Shown here: in pieces, positions 1 to 12,100 of the stretch | Position numbering within the stretch: position 1 is the stretch's first letter | How the letters are laid out: the number at the start of each line of letters is the position of its first letter | Assembly (NCBI GenBank): GCA_964270895.1 | Contig: OZ185436.1 | Length of the DNA: 64,000 bases | DNA from: Podarcis filfolensis | Lineage: Eukaryota | Direction: 5' to 3' (one strand) | Translations under genes and position numbers: made by a program | Notes under the pieces: generated by a model | What the model was told of the DNA's origin: nothing | The model's database searches: none | The model's input: only the letters and a program-made list of their open reading frames with translations

Positions 1-223
1 TTCATTATACACCTTTAGGCGCCAGGTAAAAATGTTCCTTTTTAACCAGGCCTTTGGTTGATCTGATTGACATCTTATCCCCTTTTAAAATGTGGGTCTT
101 TTTAGGGGGTGGAATGTTATTGGGTTGTTGTATATATATTGTTTTTTATGTTGATCTTTTCTGTGAACCGCCCGGAGACCTCCGGGTATAGGGCGATATA
201 TAAATTCAATAAAGAAGAAGGAG
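1..223 (+). mobile_element. L2-type LINE 3-prime end
   Basis: ORF2 end (aatgttcctttttaaccaggcctttggttga) and the typical tail tgtgaaccgcccggagacc...gggcgatatataaattcaataaa, similar to the copy at 58462-58875. Confidence 0.6.
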
Positions 224-460
224 GAGAAGGAGGAGGATTGGGGCAGGTCACCATAGTATCTCTCCTTCCTTCCTTGACTTTTTAGCCCAGTGTGGCTGGC
301 TAGACATGTACATGGTTTCAGATGTCCATGTATTATGTTTATTTTAAATGTATATTATCCTTTTCTACAACAAAATAGTGCTTCTTTCCAAAGAAATGTA
401 TTGAGCACTAGAGCAGTAGAAGTTACCATTTTATTCCCAAATATGTGATTGTGCTATAAT

Positions 461-488
461 AAGAAGAAGAAGAAGAAGAAGAAAAAGA
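461..488. repeat. (GAA)n microsatellite
   Basis: Read directly from the sequence. Confidence 0.9.
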
Positions 489-490
489 AT

Positions 491-600
491 TTATTATTTA
501 TGCCCCACCCATCTGGCTGGGCTTCCCCAGCCACTCGGGGCAGCTTCCAAAAAAATATTAAAATACAGTAATATATCAAACATTAAAAGCTTCCCTAAAC
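491..600 (-). mobile_element. L2-type LINE 3-prime tail fragment
   Basis: Reverse complement reads gtttagggaagcttttaatgtttga...ggaagctgccccgagtggctggggaagcccagccagatgggtggggcataaataataa. Confidence 0.55.
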
Positions 601-2373
601 AAATTTGCTATAATTTGAGGGCATTTAAACTGCAAAAGTGCAGGCGCCTGCAGTGTTCCTTTCTGATCAGGGTTAGCAAACTGCTTTTTGTTCATTTGTT
701 GCCCTAACGTATCAGGAATGTAAAACGATTGTAAAGCATGAAATGACTGCAGGGAGACCGGCAAGGAAGAGTTATGTGAAGTGAGTGTCTCACAACTGAA
801 GTAATACACATTGCAATCTAAATAGAGTGTAGAGGATAAGACCATTAAGTCCATGCCCTAAAATTACTTCGTCACCCACACTGCTGCTTGTTTCCCCTCA
901 AATCCAGCTATGTTAACTAGCCTTGGTATTTTGTCCTATCCCCTTATTTGCAGCTGTTTTGGTGCAATCAGAGGCTCCAGATGTCACAGTTAATGATGAG
1001 ACAAGCAAGGATGCAGCTAGACAGCTCTGCCTGGATTCAAGTAGCCTCTAATAAGATATACGGTATCTGTTTCCACAGCCTTTCTTCAAAGCAATTCTAT
1101 GCTAGCTTTCAGACCTCTTGCTAGCCACATTGCATATTCCCATTTGCACCTCACACTGCCATACTGATCACTGCTGCTTGGCTGCAGGGGGACAAACCAG
1201 CTCCCTGTGCCAGAGTGAAATAGTATGGCTGTGATCCAAAGCCACTTTACCCAAAAGTAAGCCCAAGTGAATTCAGTAGGACTTACCTCTGAGTAGACAT
1301 TCTTAGGACTACTGTAACAAACTTTTTGCTGCCGAATCCAGCGTTCTCCTAGGATCCTTCACTTGTGTTGAGGCCCAAAAAATATTCAGTTCCCCTCTGA
1401 CTGGACTATGGAATCCATGCCATTGATCTAAACTGTGTTGCACAATTGGATCCTGAAGTTTAGAAAACAAACACAAAACCTTGCTTTTCACTCACCTGAA
1501 TGCAAAGTACCCTGCCTGTGCTGCCTGATAATCCTGGGGTTTTCTAAAAGACTCAGATGACTCGAGTAAGCAATTATAAACCCTGCCACCTGCTGGACAC
1601 AATTCCTTAGCTCAAACGCCATGTTGCCAGCTGCAGTTACAACCCTGTGTGCGTGTTTGCACTGTAAAACGACACCTAGCACTTTGACAACCTGGGATGT
1701 TCTGGCATACCTGCCAACACTTCACATTAACCCAGGAAAGTAAATATGAGTTGAGCTAACTAATTTTAATTAGGTCACCATGTGATAATTAAGTAGTTAC
1801 ACGTATTGCTGAAATTGTAATAAGGAGCATAAAAGGGCACACGTGACTGTGGCCAGGTTTTCATGTGTGCGTTTGCAAACACCCTGTCATTATTGGATGA
1901 TGCACCTTCAGATGGTAAGAACATGGTATTTATCATGTCCTAGAAAACTTGACTTCTTATTAGTCCCAGATTTCAGAAGAGGGTTGCTAACTGATTGTCT
2001 GCCATGTGGTCCAAATCAGCAAACAAGGCAGGGATGTGGTTGGACTCCATCATCTCAGACGGATGTTTTATGGTGGATGTATCCTGCAATAAAGTCATGG
2101 CACAATTAGAGTGCATTCGAGGTGGATTTCCCCACGCTGCCACATATTGCTGCCGGAGGAGCTACAGCATGAAAAAAGGACAAAAAAGAAATCAGAACAC
2201 TGATATTTCAGCAGGATATGCACTGATTGGAAATGAAGCAGTGTGATCACTCCAAAACTTTTGCAAAGTGGAATTTCATGTGACCACACCAATAGCATCA
2301 TGAGCACAATCACAATGGACGCACAACAGAAAGGACGCATGGAAGGGTTCTGGCTTTGGCCATGCTAGCTGGG

Positions 2374-2744
2374 TGTCATAGGCCAGGAGTCAGCTTCACC
2401 TGCTGAGCAGCAGCCTGAAGGAGCAGAAGGCAAAGTGACACCTGCTGATGATCAGCCTTCTTGCTCCGGATGAGAACCAGCTGGCTCCAGCTTTCTTAAG
2501 CTGGGTTTCCAGCCTCAGTCAGTTGCTGGAAACATGTGTCGTTCCCGTGCCCTTGGACCCTCGGCTTTCTTGACTCCAGGGTTGTCTGACTACGTGAACT
2601 GAGATACTCCGGACCTTAGGACTGGACTGAACCTGGACACTCTACCTCCAGGCAAGTACCCAACCCCCACCCCGAGACTCAGCTGGTTGGCTGGCTTCTC
2701 CCTCCACTGAGCTCCACCATGGCTGGCAGCACAGGACTACGACA
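2374..2744 (+). mobile_element. Probable solo LTR (Gypsy/Ty3-like), 371 bp
   Basis: Starts TGTCATAG and ends CTACGACA (TG...CA, 8-bp inverted termini with 1 mismatch). Flanked by CTGGG / CTGGA, a near 5-bp TSD. Orientation is inferred. Confidence 0.6.
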
Positions 2745-5121
2745 CTGGAGACTGATGGTTCAATGACATTGTGGTGGAACTACGTGTTCTCCATTATTGA
2801 TCTAAGGGTGCAATAATGTTATTGCTTCCAGACTTTTGGCAGCAAACATTATTAGCTTGAATCCAACCTTGATTGCCCCTTGTAAATTAGGACTGTAAGT
2901 ATAGATTCAGCCAACCCCAAGCTGTTCCATAGGTTCCTTAGACTCCCATTCCCTAGGCCAGCTCATCTTCAGAGTGGACTTTGATGATGGTGGTGGTTTT
3001 TTTCCCTCCTGCAAAGTTGGTACCAGGATAGTTCTATGCTTAGGATGCATTCATCTGCCCCGGCTGCAACAAAACATTTCTCTCCCATATTGTTAACTAC
3101 AGCCACAGCAGCTGCTATAACTGTCCACCGGTCTGACATTACCTCATCCTTTTTCTCCCAAGACAGATGGATGCCAACAACAATATAATTTTTTGGGGGG
3201 TGTCCCTAACAATTTGTTTTATTTCTGTTAATAGTAATAATAAATGCATATGCCACTTAATACCAAAATAAGCTGTTAAGTAGTTTCCAAGCATAAAAAC
3301 CAATTACAGTAACGTTAAACTATAAAAACCCATAATTAAAAGATGTAATCAAACAGTCCCATTAAAACACAAGTACTGTAAATTAAAACAGGTCAGGAGA
3401 TCAATTGTGACTACAAAAGCCTACACACACACGCTAGGGACAAGGGAAGTTTGCTTGAATCCACTTATTGACAATGCAACCAGTCTCATAAAGTGCCAGG
3501 CACTGAGCAAAAGGAATAAGCCCAGTAAGCATAGCACCGGTTTATTGAGCCTAGAACAATGCTCTGTTACGCCTGCCAACTTCTGATGCATTGATATGTC
3601 ATTATTATTATTATTTATGTTAGCAACTAAATAAAAAATAGTAGTAAAACGATCATTAGTATCCAAGGGCGAGATACAAATTAAAAATATCCATTGGAAT
3701 GCAGCATATTTTGTATTCCTGTCTCTTCCCGGCACACACCAAATTTCCATTTAAAGTTCATGTCGCTCTGCCTTCATATTTCTCCCAGGCTGAAGTACCA
3801 CTTGTTATGTTTTATGCTTTCCTTTTGTCACGTATGCTCCCATCTCCCTCTATTTGTCTAGTTCTGGAACACTCACATCTGTGCTTTCATTGTTGCTTGT
3901 GCCTTAACCCCAGAGCTATTTTGGAAGACTAAGATTTGCCACCTAAATGGAACTGATGAAAACCTGCCAGAGCCGCTGCTCATTTGCATTTGCAGTGTAC
4001 GGCAAAATATAGAACTGGAGCTGGGGTGCCAGTTCAGAATTCACCAAATGGGCATTTTCTTGAACGTCCCCCATCCCCCCCCCGAGCAGCCTGTCTCCAG
4101 AAGATCCCTGCCCCCTTCCTGTTTAGCTGTTGGTACAGAAGCAATCTGCGCCACATTTCTCTTATCTCTCCCCCCAGACTTCCTCTCTGCCTTGGAAAGG
4201 ATCATCAGAATAATTGCCAGGTGGCTAGAGAACTAGCAGCTGTTGCCCTTGGAAATTCCCTGTTGACTTCCCACTTCTGCTCTGAGTTTCCCTCATGTGG
4301 CTTTGGGCTTCTCTACTTTTTCTTTCCTTCTCAGGATTTCTGTTTCGGGGACAAACACTCACAGAAGAAGGGCCCTGTTGGATTAGGCCCAAAGCCTATC
4401 TATCTCATCAGTCCCAGGTAGCATATTCAGGAATTGGCACGAATGATGGGAGTTGTAGTTCATCATCTGGAGGTCTACAGGTTTGCCACCCCTTCTTTAC
4501 CATTTCCCCTTTGGGGGTCTATAGATCTAGCCATGAGTGTGGAAGGGACACAGACACTTGCCCTAGCTCACAAACCTCTTGCATGTCATTCTGGAGGGTG
4601 TTTCATGCAGGGATATAGCTAGGGACTGGCTAGGTTGGCTCCCACCCAGGGGTGCGTGCAAGAATTGTGACTCTCCACTCTTGCTAGGAGTCCGCCCACC
4701 CATCTACATGCTCTCCGGGCCACTCCTCCTTTGCTCTGGGCAGCGGGGCAAGGCACACAGGCTTCTCTGGGCACCTTGGCAGATGAGGTTGCTGGCATGG
4801 ACCATCACAGCAGTACTGTGGGGGCTCCTCCCCAGTTGGCCAGTGGCACTATTAGAAGAGTGAAATTTTGAGTTTCTGCTCCATGGTCTCTCCTGGCTTC
4901 AGAGCTGCCAGTACATCTCCTTGTCAAGGGTGCTAAGGAGCCTAGGCACGCCTCTGGTTTCATGCTAGGAATTTCCCATAGCCCTCTCTGGAGGTCCTCT
5001 TAAGTGGTGTTACAAAGTCTGCATCACTGCCCTGCCCCATTGCCCTGATTGTTCACTCCCTCTCCTCTGCTAATCCAGGCAAAAAGGGTTCTGGGAGGGA
5101 GATGGAGACAAAGGGAATCAT

Positions 5122-5285
5122 TTATTGTTATTGTTATTGATATCAATTTATTATTATTAATTTATTTATTGAATTTGAATTTATTTGAATTTATTTCTTG
5201 AATTTATATACCGCCCTATACCTCTGGTCTCAGGGCAGTTCACAGAATAAAATCAAGATATAAAACCACAAAATACCTAATACTA
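5122..5285 (-). mobile_element. L2-type LINE 3-prime tail fragment
   Basis: tttatataccgccctatacctctggtctcagggcagttcacag is the reverse complement of the tail seen at 160-220. Confidence 0.55.
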
Positions 5286-5857
5286 TAAAAAGAAAAACCC
5301 ATTTCTCCCCTTCTTGCTGACTGGATAGTAGAGGAGAACTGGATCCCTTTTAAAGCATGAGATTAGGTACAGTTGTGTACCATCTCATAGGGGACACTTT
5401 TATAGAGACGTGGATTGCTCCAAAATCTTAGTTGGGGTGCACATTCCCACTCCCTTATCTGCAATCATCATCTGGGGGGGTCATGTGTTTAAGAGCGTTG
5501 TGGCAAACCAACAGTTTTGATAGCAGAGAATTGTTGTGGGCCTGAAAGCAGACACGCACACACAAAATATGGGGTGGGTCAGCATTTCTTATGAGGTGCA
5601 AGAGCACATCAACCAGTTCCTTATTAAGTCTTCTTATCAAACTTTTCTGTGAACGTTTCCGTAAATAAGGAACTCGGAACAAACTTCAGTTTTGTATTCT
5701 CCCACGAGGTTCAAGAAGAAGCCTAGTCAATTGTGGAAGTTGGCTCTAAATTCAGGTAATCCCCTATGGCAAAAAGTTTAGTTCCTCAGCAACAGATGTT
5801 AGTCCCAAAAATAGAGAAGTCGATGGCTTGTGGAAGAAGCCAGTGACATGCACCTTA

Positions 5858-5865
5858 ATTTGCAT
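5858..5865 (+). promoter_or_regulatory. Octamer motif ATTTGCAT upstream of DNASE1L3
   Basis: Exact octamer 107 nt before the ATG, followed by an AT-rich AAATATAAC. A second exact octamer lies at 3982-3989. Confidence 0.3.
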
Positions 5866-5971
5866 AGGAATCATGAAATATAACAGCTAAATTCCACTGG
5901 TTTTTGCAGACCAAGTGCTGAGTGAGAGAAGAACACCTCACTGCGTTTTCTTTTGGCCCAGGTTTGAAAAG

Positions 5972-6103
5972 ATGTCACGCGTTTCTCTGTTTCTGCTTTT
6001 CTCTTTTCACGCAGCTCTGAGCCTTAAAATCTGCTCTTTCAACGTGAGGTCATTTGGAGAAGCCAAGCGAACAAGACCAGAAATCTTGGATGTCATTGTA
6101 GAG
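5972..6103 (+). CDS. DNASE1L3: DNASE1L3 coding exon 1 (MSRVSLFLLFSFHAALSLKICSFNVRSFGEAKRTRPEILDVIVE)
   Basis: ATG at 5972, signal-peptide-like N-terminus, donor GAG|gtatgt, phase 0. Confidence 0.95.
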
Positions 6104-9100
6104 GTATGTTGTTCGCTCTACGGGATTAAATAAATACTCAGCTGAACGGAGGGACACTTTATCTAGCTCATTTTTCAGGGTATTTTATCTTCACACAGCC
6201 AAGTCCTGCTAATGAATGGCTGAGCATTAATAAATCTGCTGTGTTCCTAACAGCGGAAGAATCAATTTGCAGACCTGAAGCCATATGTTCAGCAAGATTT
6301 ATTTACACATTAAATCTAGCAGAAATACAATGCTGAATGCTGTTGCAGATGAACATGAGGGATTATGGGAACATTTTGATGGGCAAGAAAAATTGTCCCA
6401 TTCTCATCTATAGTCTCATCAGACGTTGCTTCGTTACTAGCATGCTTAATTTGTTTAATCACCACTATGAAGTACTCTGGTCTCATTAAGGAGAAATTAC
6501 AATCACAAAATAAGTTGGACCCTTGCAGACAAAAGTGATTGTATTATAAACACCTTCCGAGTGATTTAAGCACTTTGGTGCCATTCAAAAACCTGTGCAT
6601 CGGATGCTTGTAAACAAGAACAATACATCACCTTTGCATTGCAACGAGCTCTGCTTGAAGCCATTTAGCACTTCTAAAGTGTACAAGAAGACGTACAAAT
6701 GCAACCGCTGTTCTGAATCCTTCCTCTCCCAGCAAATTATGAACTTCAAATCTTTTGTTTGACAGTGACAAAATGAGGGCACACGCAGCGTTTTGTGACA
6801 TGACTATTTCTGTATCTGCTTGCAGACTCATTTCTGTAATTTTATTTTATTTTTAAAAAGTGGCCCAAAATGCTAATTTGGCTGAGTGGCTTTAAACCAG
6901 TGATTCAGCACACAATACATGAATGCTAAATTCAAGTCAGCAATTCAGATGCCTCTATGGATCTTCTGCCACCATTAGAGCTATAGTTTGTCCTTTAAAT
7001 TTAGGAACACAGAAAGCTGTCCTATACTGAGACAGGTAATTGGTCCAGCCAGTTTAATATTGTCTGACTGACAGAGGATCTCCAAGATTTTAGAGATTTT
7101 ATTCATTTTTAATTGCATCGTTTTGCCAGGGGTTTCTTTGGTTGTCACCCAGAGCTCATTTGGGAGGGATGTGAAATAGAAATTTAATAGTTGATGTAAT
7201 ATAATATAAATCATAATTGTATTCTTTTATTGGTCTGCTGCTAATGAATGCAGAGTACAGAGGCATGAACCTGTCTGTGTACCTTAAGACACTTTAGAAT
7301 TTTCACTTACGCAATCCTTTCAATCTCTTGGAACATCATCCCATTTCTTAAAGGATAGTCTCACAGTATTTATATAGTCCTCAACCCATTATTTTCCATG
7401 GTTTCACAATAGATGTGAATACCAGCAAATCAAATACTGCCTCAGCCACTAGCTTTGAGATATCTGGAATTCTAGAATACACAATACATTAATTGGCTTT
7501 GCCTCTCTCTAAATCCCTTCATCTATCAAGAACAGTGGCCTGCAGATGGGCTATACACTTTCTAAACTTTTTTTTCCATGTACCACATAACTATTCCCAC
7601 ATTTATCCATTTATCCACCTTTTTAAAGAAGAGTTGGGGGGAGATTTGCACTAAAAGTACTCTGGAAAATATGGGACACTGGTGGCACTGTGGGTTAAAC
7701 CACAGAGCCTAGGACTTGCCGATCAGAAGGTCAGCAGTTCGAATCCCCACATCGGGGTGAGCTCCCGTTGCTCAGTCCCTGCTCCTGCCAACCTAGCAGT
7801 TCGAAAGCACGTCAAAGCACAAGTAGATAAATGGGTACCGCTCCAGTGGGAAGGTAAACGGCGTTTCCGTGCGCTGCTCTGGTTCGCCAGAAGCGGCTTA
7901 GTCATGCTGGCCACATGACCTGGAAGTTGTACGCTGGCTCCCTCGGCCAATAAAGCGAGATGAGTCGGTCACGACTGGACCTAATGGTCAGGGGTCCCTT
8001 TACCTTTCCTCTGGAAAATGGGGGAGCATGCGAAATCACTGAGGGATCAGCTAATCAGTGTCATGCACAGTTTGTTTCAAACTTGCAGAAACAGTCTTTT
8101 TCATGCTATGGATTTGGAAAAGGATAGGTGTGTTTGGACTGAACTTAGTGAGAGTGCTTCCAGAATATTGCTGGTACTCTCAGGATTTTGTTTCTGTCTT
8201 CCCTCTAACTCAGGAGCTCTCTAGTACAGGCGCTGAAAGACCAGGAATTTTTTTGAAGCCCATTTCTGATAGGTGAAATGTTCAGGAGGCATGCAAAGCC
8301 TGTTCATTCTGGGAATTCCAAGTGTGTCAAATAAAGCATTCTTAAGAATGTTCTTTCTTTCCTCCTGCAGGTTATTTCTCAGTGTGACATCATGCTACTG
8401 ATGGAAATAAAGGACAACAGCAACAGGCTATGCCCCTTCCTCTTAGAGAAATTGAATGGGTGAGATGTGAATGTCAAATTTATTAAAACATGCAGGGTCA
8501 GATCAAGGTTTTTTTGGAATTGGGGTCTTGGGCAAAAAGCTTTCAGTGGGCCCACTTCTCACCTGGCCCACCTCCTTGCTACTGCCATCGCTGTTCATTA
8601 GGGCCAGGTGGCCCATGAGGCAGGATGAGGCAGCCTCCTTTGGTGGTAGAGCACCCCCAGAGGCTCCCCACCCCGCCACCCCCACTAATGGTGGAGAAGC
8701 CGTGGTAGTTTCTGGTGAGATGTCACGAGATCTCTTCAGAATCCACTGCAGCTTCATCGGCACTGCTGCATGACCCAAGTAAGGGAGACTGGCAGTGGTG
8801 GCATCAGTTTCCTGTTTCACCTCAGGTGACTAAACAGGATGTGCCGCTCAGTGGAGGACCTACAATTTTAGGGCCCTGAAGCTTGAACTGTCATGGAAGG
8901 CCCCTTTGCAACCAGCAACTAGGTCTGGATAACCATTGTTATCTTCTTCAATAGGATTGCTCCACGACAGATCGCCACACCTGTGCTACTGACTCTCAAA
9001 CTTTGTTGAAGTGTATATACAACTAAAAAAGTTAACCAATTTGAGCTGTGTGACTCAAATTGCGTCTACTATACCCAACATCTTTAAGCAATGTGGACTG

Positions 9101-12100
9101 AAGTAGCTCCTGGGGGCCCCTCCAGGATTAGAGGCCCTGAAGCTTAGTTTCATAGTAGATCCATCCCTGATGCTGCCCCTGCTGTTCATTCATTTGCTCA
9201 GAAGGAGAGGCCAAGGAAAGTGAAGGTTGCTGCTCCCCCTCCTTGCCCTTGTCATAGTTTGTGCACTTGGAGAGACTGAGCATGCAGGACCACAACACAG
9301 TGGTAGAGCACCTGCTTTTCATGCAGAAGGTCCCAGGTTCAATCCTTGACATCACCAGTTGTGTTTTATGATTTTCCTGATATTGTAAGTGAGCCAGAAA
9401 TGGTCTGTGACCATAATAAATACATACACCAGTTAGGGCTGGGGATCATCTTCTTCTTTAGCAATCACTCGTAGCCGAGTAAGATTGTCTTCCATGAACA
9501 TGGTTTTAACAGTAAATCCTTAAGTGACTGTGGAGGCCAATTCTGGATCCACAGGTCCTTCCACAGTGGGGATAGGTTTCTGGGTGGGAGTTGATCATGG
9601 TGAGAGTTTGTCAAGCATGCCTTCCTCGTAGAGCTTTTCTCTCTTTCGCCCTGAGTTTGAGCATCTTCAAAGTCTATGACACCTTTAGCTGGGAATATTC
9701 CCTGCTATAAACCCCTGAGAACCACTGCCGGTCAATGAGGACAACACTGATCTCATTGAAAGGCAGCTTTCAATGTGTCTAAGCAGCAAAAGCTAGGAGT
9801 AGGAAGAGAAGGGCCAGTAGGCCCCTTCTGGGATGTAGGCCTCAGGAGGTGACCAACTATGGCAGAGGAGAGGAGAATCAATGCTGAAGGAGGCCTCCCC
9901 TTTTCAAGCATGCCATGGTGGGTGCCTGCAATATGGTGGATTAATTCCTTAACTCACACTTCAGGCCCCCTCACGACACATTGTTTGGGAAATCACTAGC
10001 CCTCTCGAGCGCATTTCTTTCTCTGCCAGAGATGGGGAACCTGTGGGTCTTCTTAGACAACTCCCATCATCCCTGACCATTGGCCTGACCATTGGCTGGG
10101 GCTGATGGAAGATGGAGTCCAACAACATCTGGAGGACCACTGGTCCCCCTTCCCTACGGTATGATATTCCCCCCAGAAACATTATCCACGCTGCAGACCA
10201 TCCCACCTAGCAGAGCAGGAGAACCTTGGGATGGACTGTGTCAGGGCAGAAAGGGGATTTTGCTCAGATAGTTAAGCAGTGAGCTTCTCCACAAGCCAAA
10301 GCCAGAAACATTGACTATTGTTTGTGTTTCACAATGGTGTGTGTGTTTCCTGTGTATTCTTTCAAATATATCAAAAATCATTTTTCTCCAGTCACTCGCA
10401 AGAAAAGTACAGTTATATGGTCAGCAATCGGTTAGGAAGAAGGACCTATAAGGAACAATATGCTTTTTTCTACAGGTAAGTGCATTTCGAAACTTTCTGC
10501 ATGTGGCATTCTTTGGAAACTGCAAGAAAATAAGCTGGTGTATTAGCCTTCAATTCCCAGTTTAGATTGTATATCTCCTGGGGAAAGGGACCTGTCTTTT
10601 GTATACATATTAAACTCTGTACTCTCTGATGATACTGGGTAATAAATAAGAATAAAAGACTCCTCTGGGGCATCTAGATTGTCTTGGCAGACTTGGGAGT
10701 GGTTATACGAGCTGTAATACCCCGCGGGGGACTCTCCAGACAGCCTTTTTATTGCATATTCATGATGATTTGTGCTCACAATGCTATCGGCGCATTCACA
10801 CATGACTTGAAAGCATTGGATTTTGCAGGAGACTCCCACACTGAAACCAGCAAAACAACCCTTCCTTCCCCTTGGGAAAATGCCTATAGAGCACCCTGGA
10901 AGTGATGGCCTTATTGCCCATTGACCATGGTGGCCCATTGGTCAAACAAGGATTTCTTCCAGTGCTGCTCACTGTACAGAAGCAGTATTCATATTTCTTT
11001 CAGATATATGGATGTTATTGGATCCAAAGACTAGTATCTCCCATTTGCCTTTTTTAATGAATAAGCAAAAAACTAACTTGCAAAACTACTTTAAGTATCC
11101 TCACCAAGGGTAGCCTCCAGACGTTGGACTTCAGCTCCCAGGCAGCATGGTCAGTGGTCAGCAACGATGGGAGTCGTCATACAACATCTTGAGGACACCA
11201 CATTGGCTAACCCTGATCTGCACTAACATCCCCTTGTTTCATCACTTTTTGTTTTATATTGCCCTCTCACAGCATCTCACTGGCTTCATGGCATCCAAGC
11301 ATTAAGCTCTGAACATTTCTCATATATACATGCTTCCGTCTTTTAGGACTGTGGTGGATTGATGCTTCTGTAAAAACAAAACAAAAAACAACCACCACCA
11401 CATAACTCTGAACACATGATTTTCTGTTCCTGAAATGCATTTTCACCCCACTTATACAGCAGAACATGAAAGGATTTCATAGCTTCAGGTAGTTGCATTA
11501 CTGAGCCAGAAAATTTGAGATTATGAAAACTAGCTTGCTTTTTTTGCGGCATTTTCATTGTTGATTGTAGTCTTATTAGCTACCTTGTGGATCTTGGGAC
11601 AGAAAGTCAGCCTATACATTTTTTTAAAAAGGTCTAAACTATTTGATAGAGCTGATATTCTGTCTGTATGTTAATTCACACTTCAGATCAAAAATGGTGT
11701 CAGTGAAGCAAATCTATCAGTATCCCGATCTGCAGCCTGATGACGAAGATGCACTTTCCAGGGAGCCTTATGTTGTCTGGTTCTCTTCTCCAAAAACTGG
11801 TGAGACATTGCTGAGCATGCACTATCCTCCTTCTGCATGTTTCATAACCCACAAGCAGAGATACAGGAAAAGGATGAGCATTAGGGAAGCCCCAGATCTT
11901 TATTTTAGACTCCACTGATGAGCTCCGAATGGCAAGCCTTAATGTAGGGCCTGCTGTCTAGGCAGCTTATGGAGCCAGGCCTGCTTAGTTTCAGGAGTGG
12001 AAATGCATTATGGGCCTTCATGGGATTCTGTGAGCCACAGAGTACTCTTCAATCCCAATTTGGCTGAGGTTACTCTGCAGCTTCTTTAACTTCATGATTA

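Noticed and set aside
1496-1543. 48-nt minus-strand exon-like segment (ttttag| ... CAG|gtgagt)
   Set aside because: It is isolated, with no partner exon or homology visible. It cannot be told apart from a pseudo-exon, although a 5-prime UTR exon of a divergent neighbour is possible.
3984-4421. 145-aa ORF upstream of DNASE1L3
   Set aside because: It has a non-ATG start, low-complexity composition and no recognisable domain. It overlaps probable regulatory or UTR sequence.
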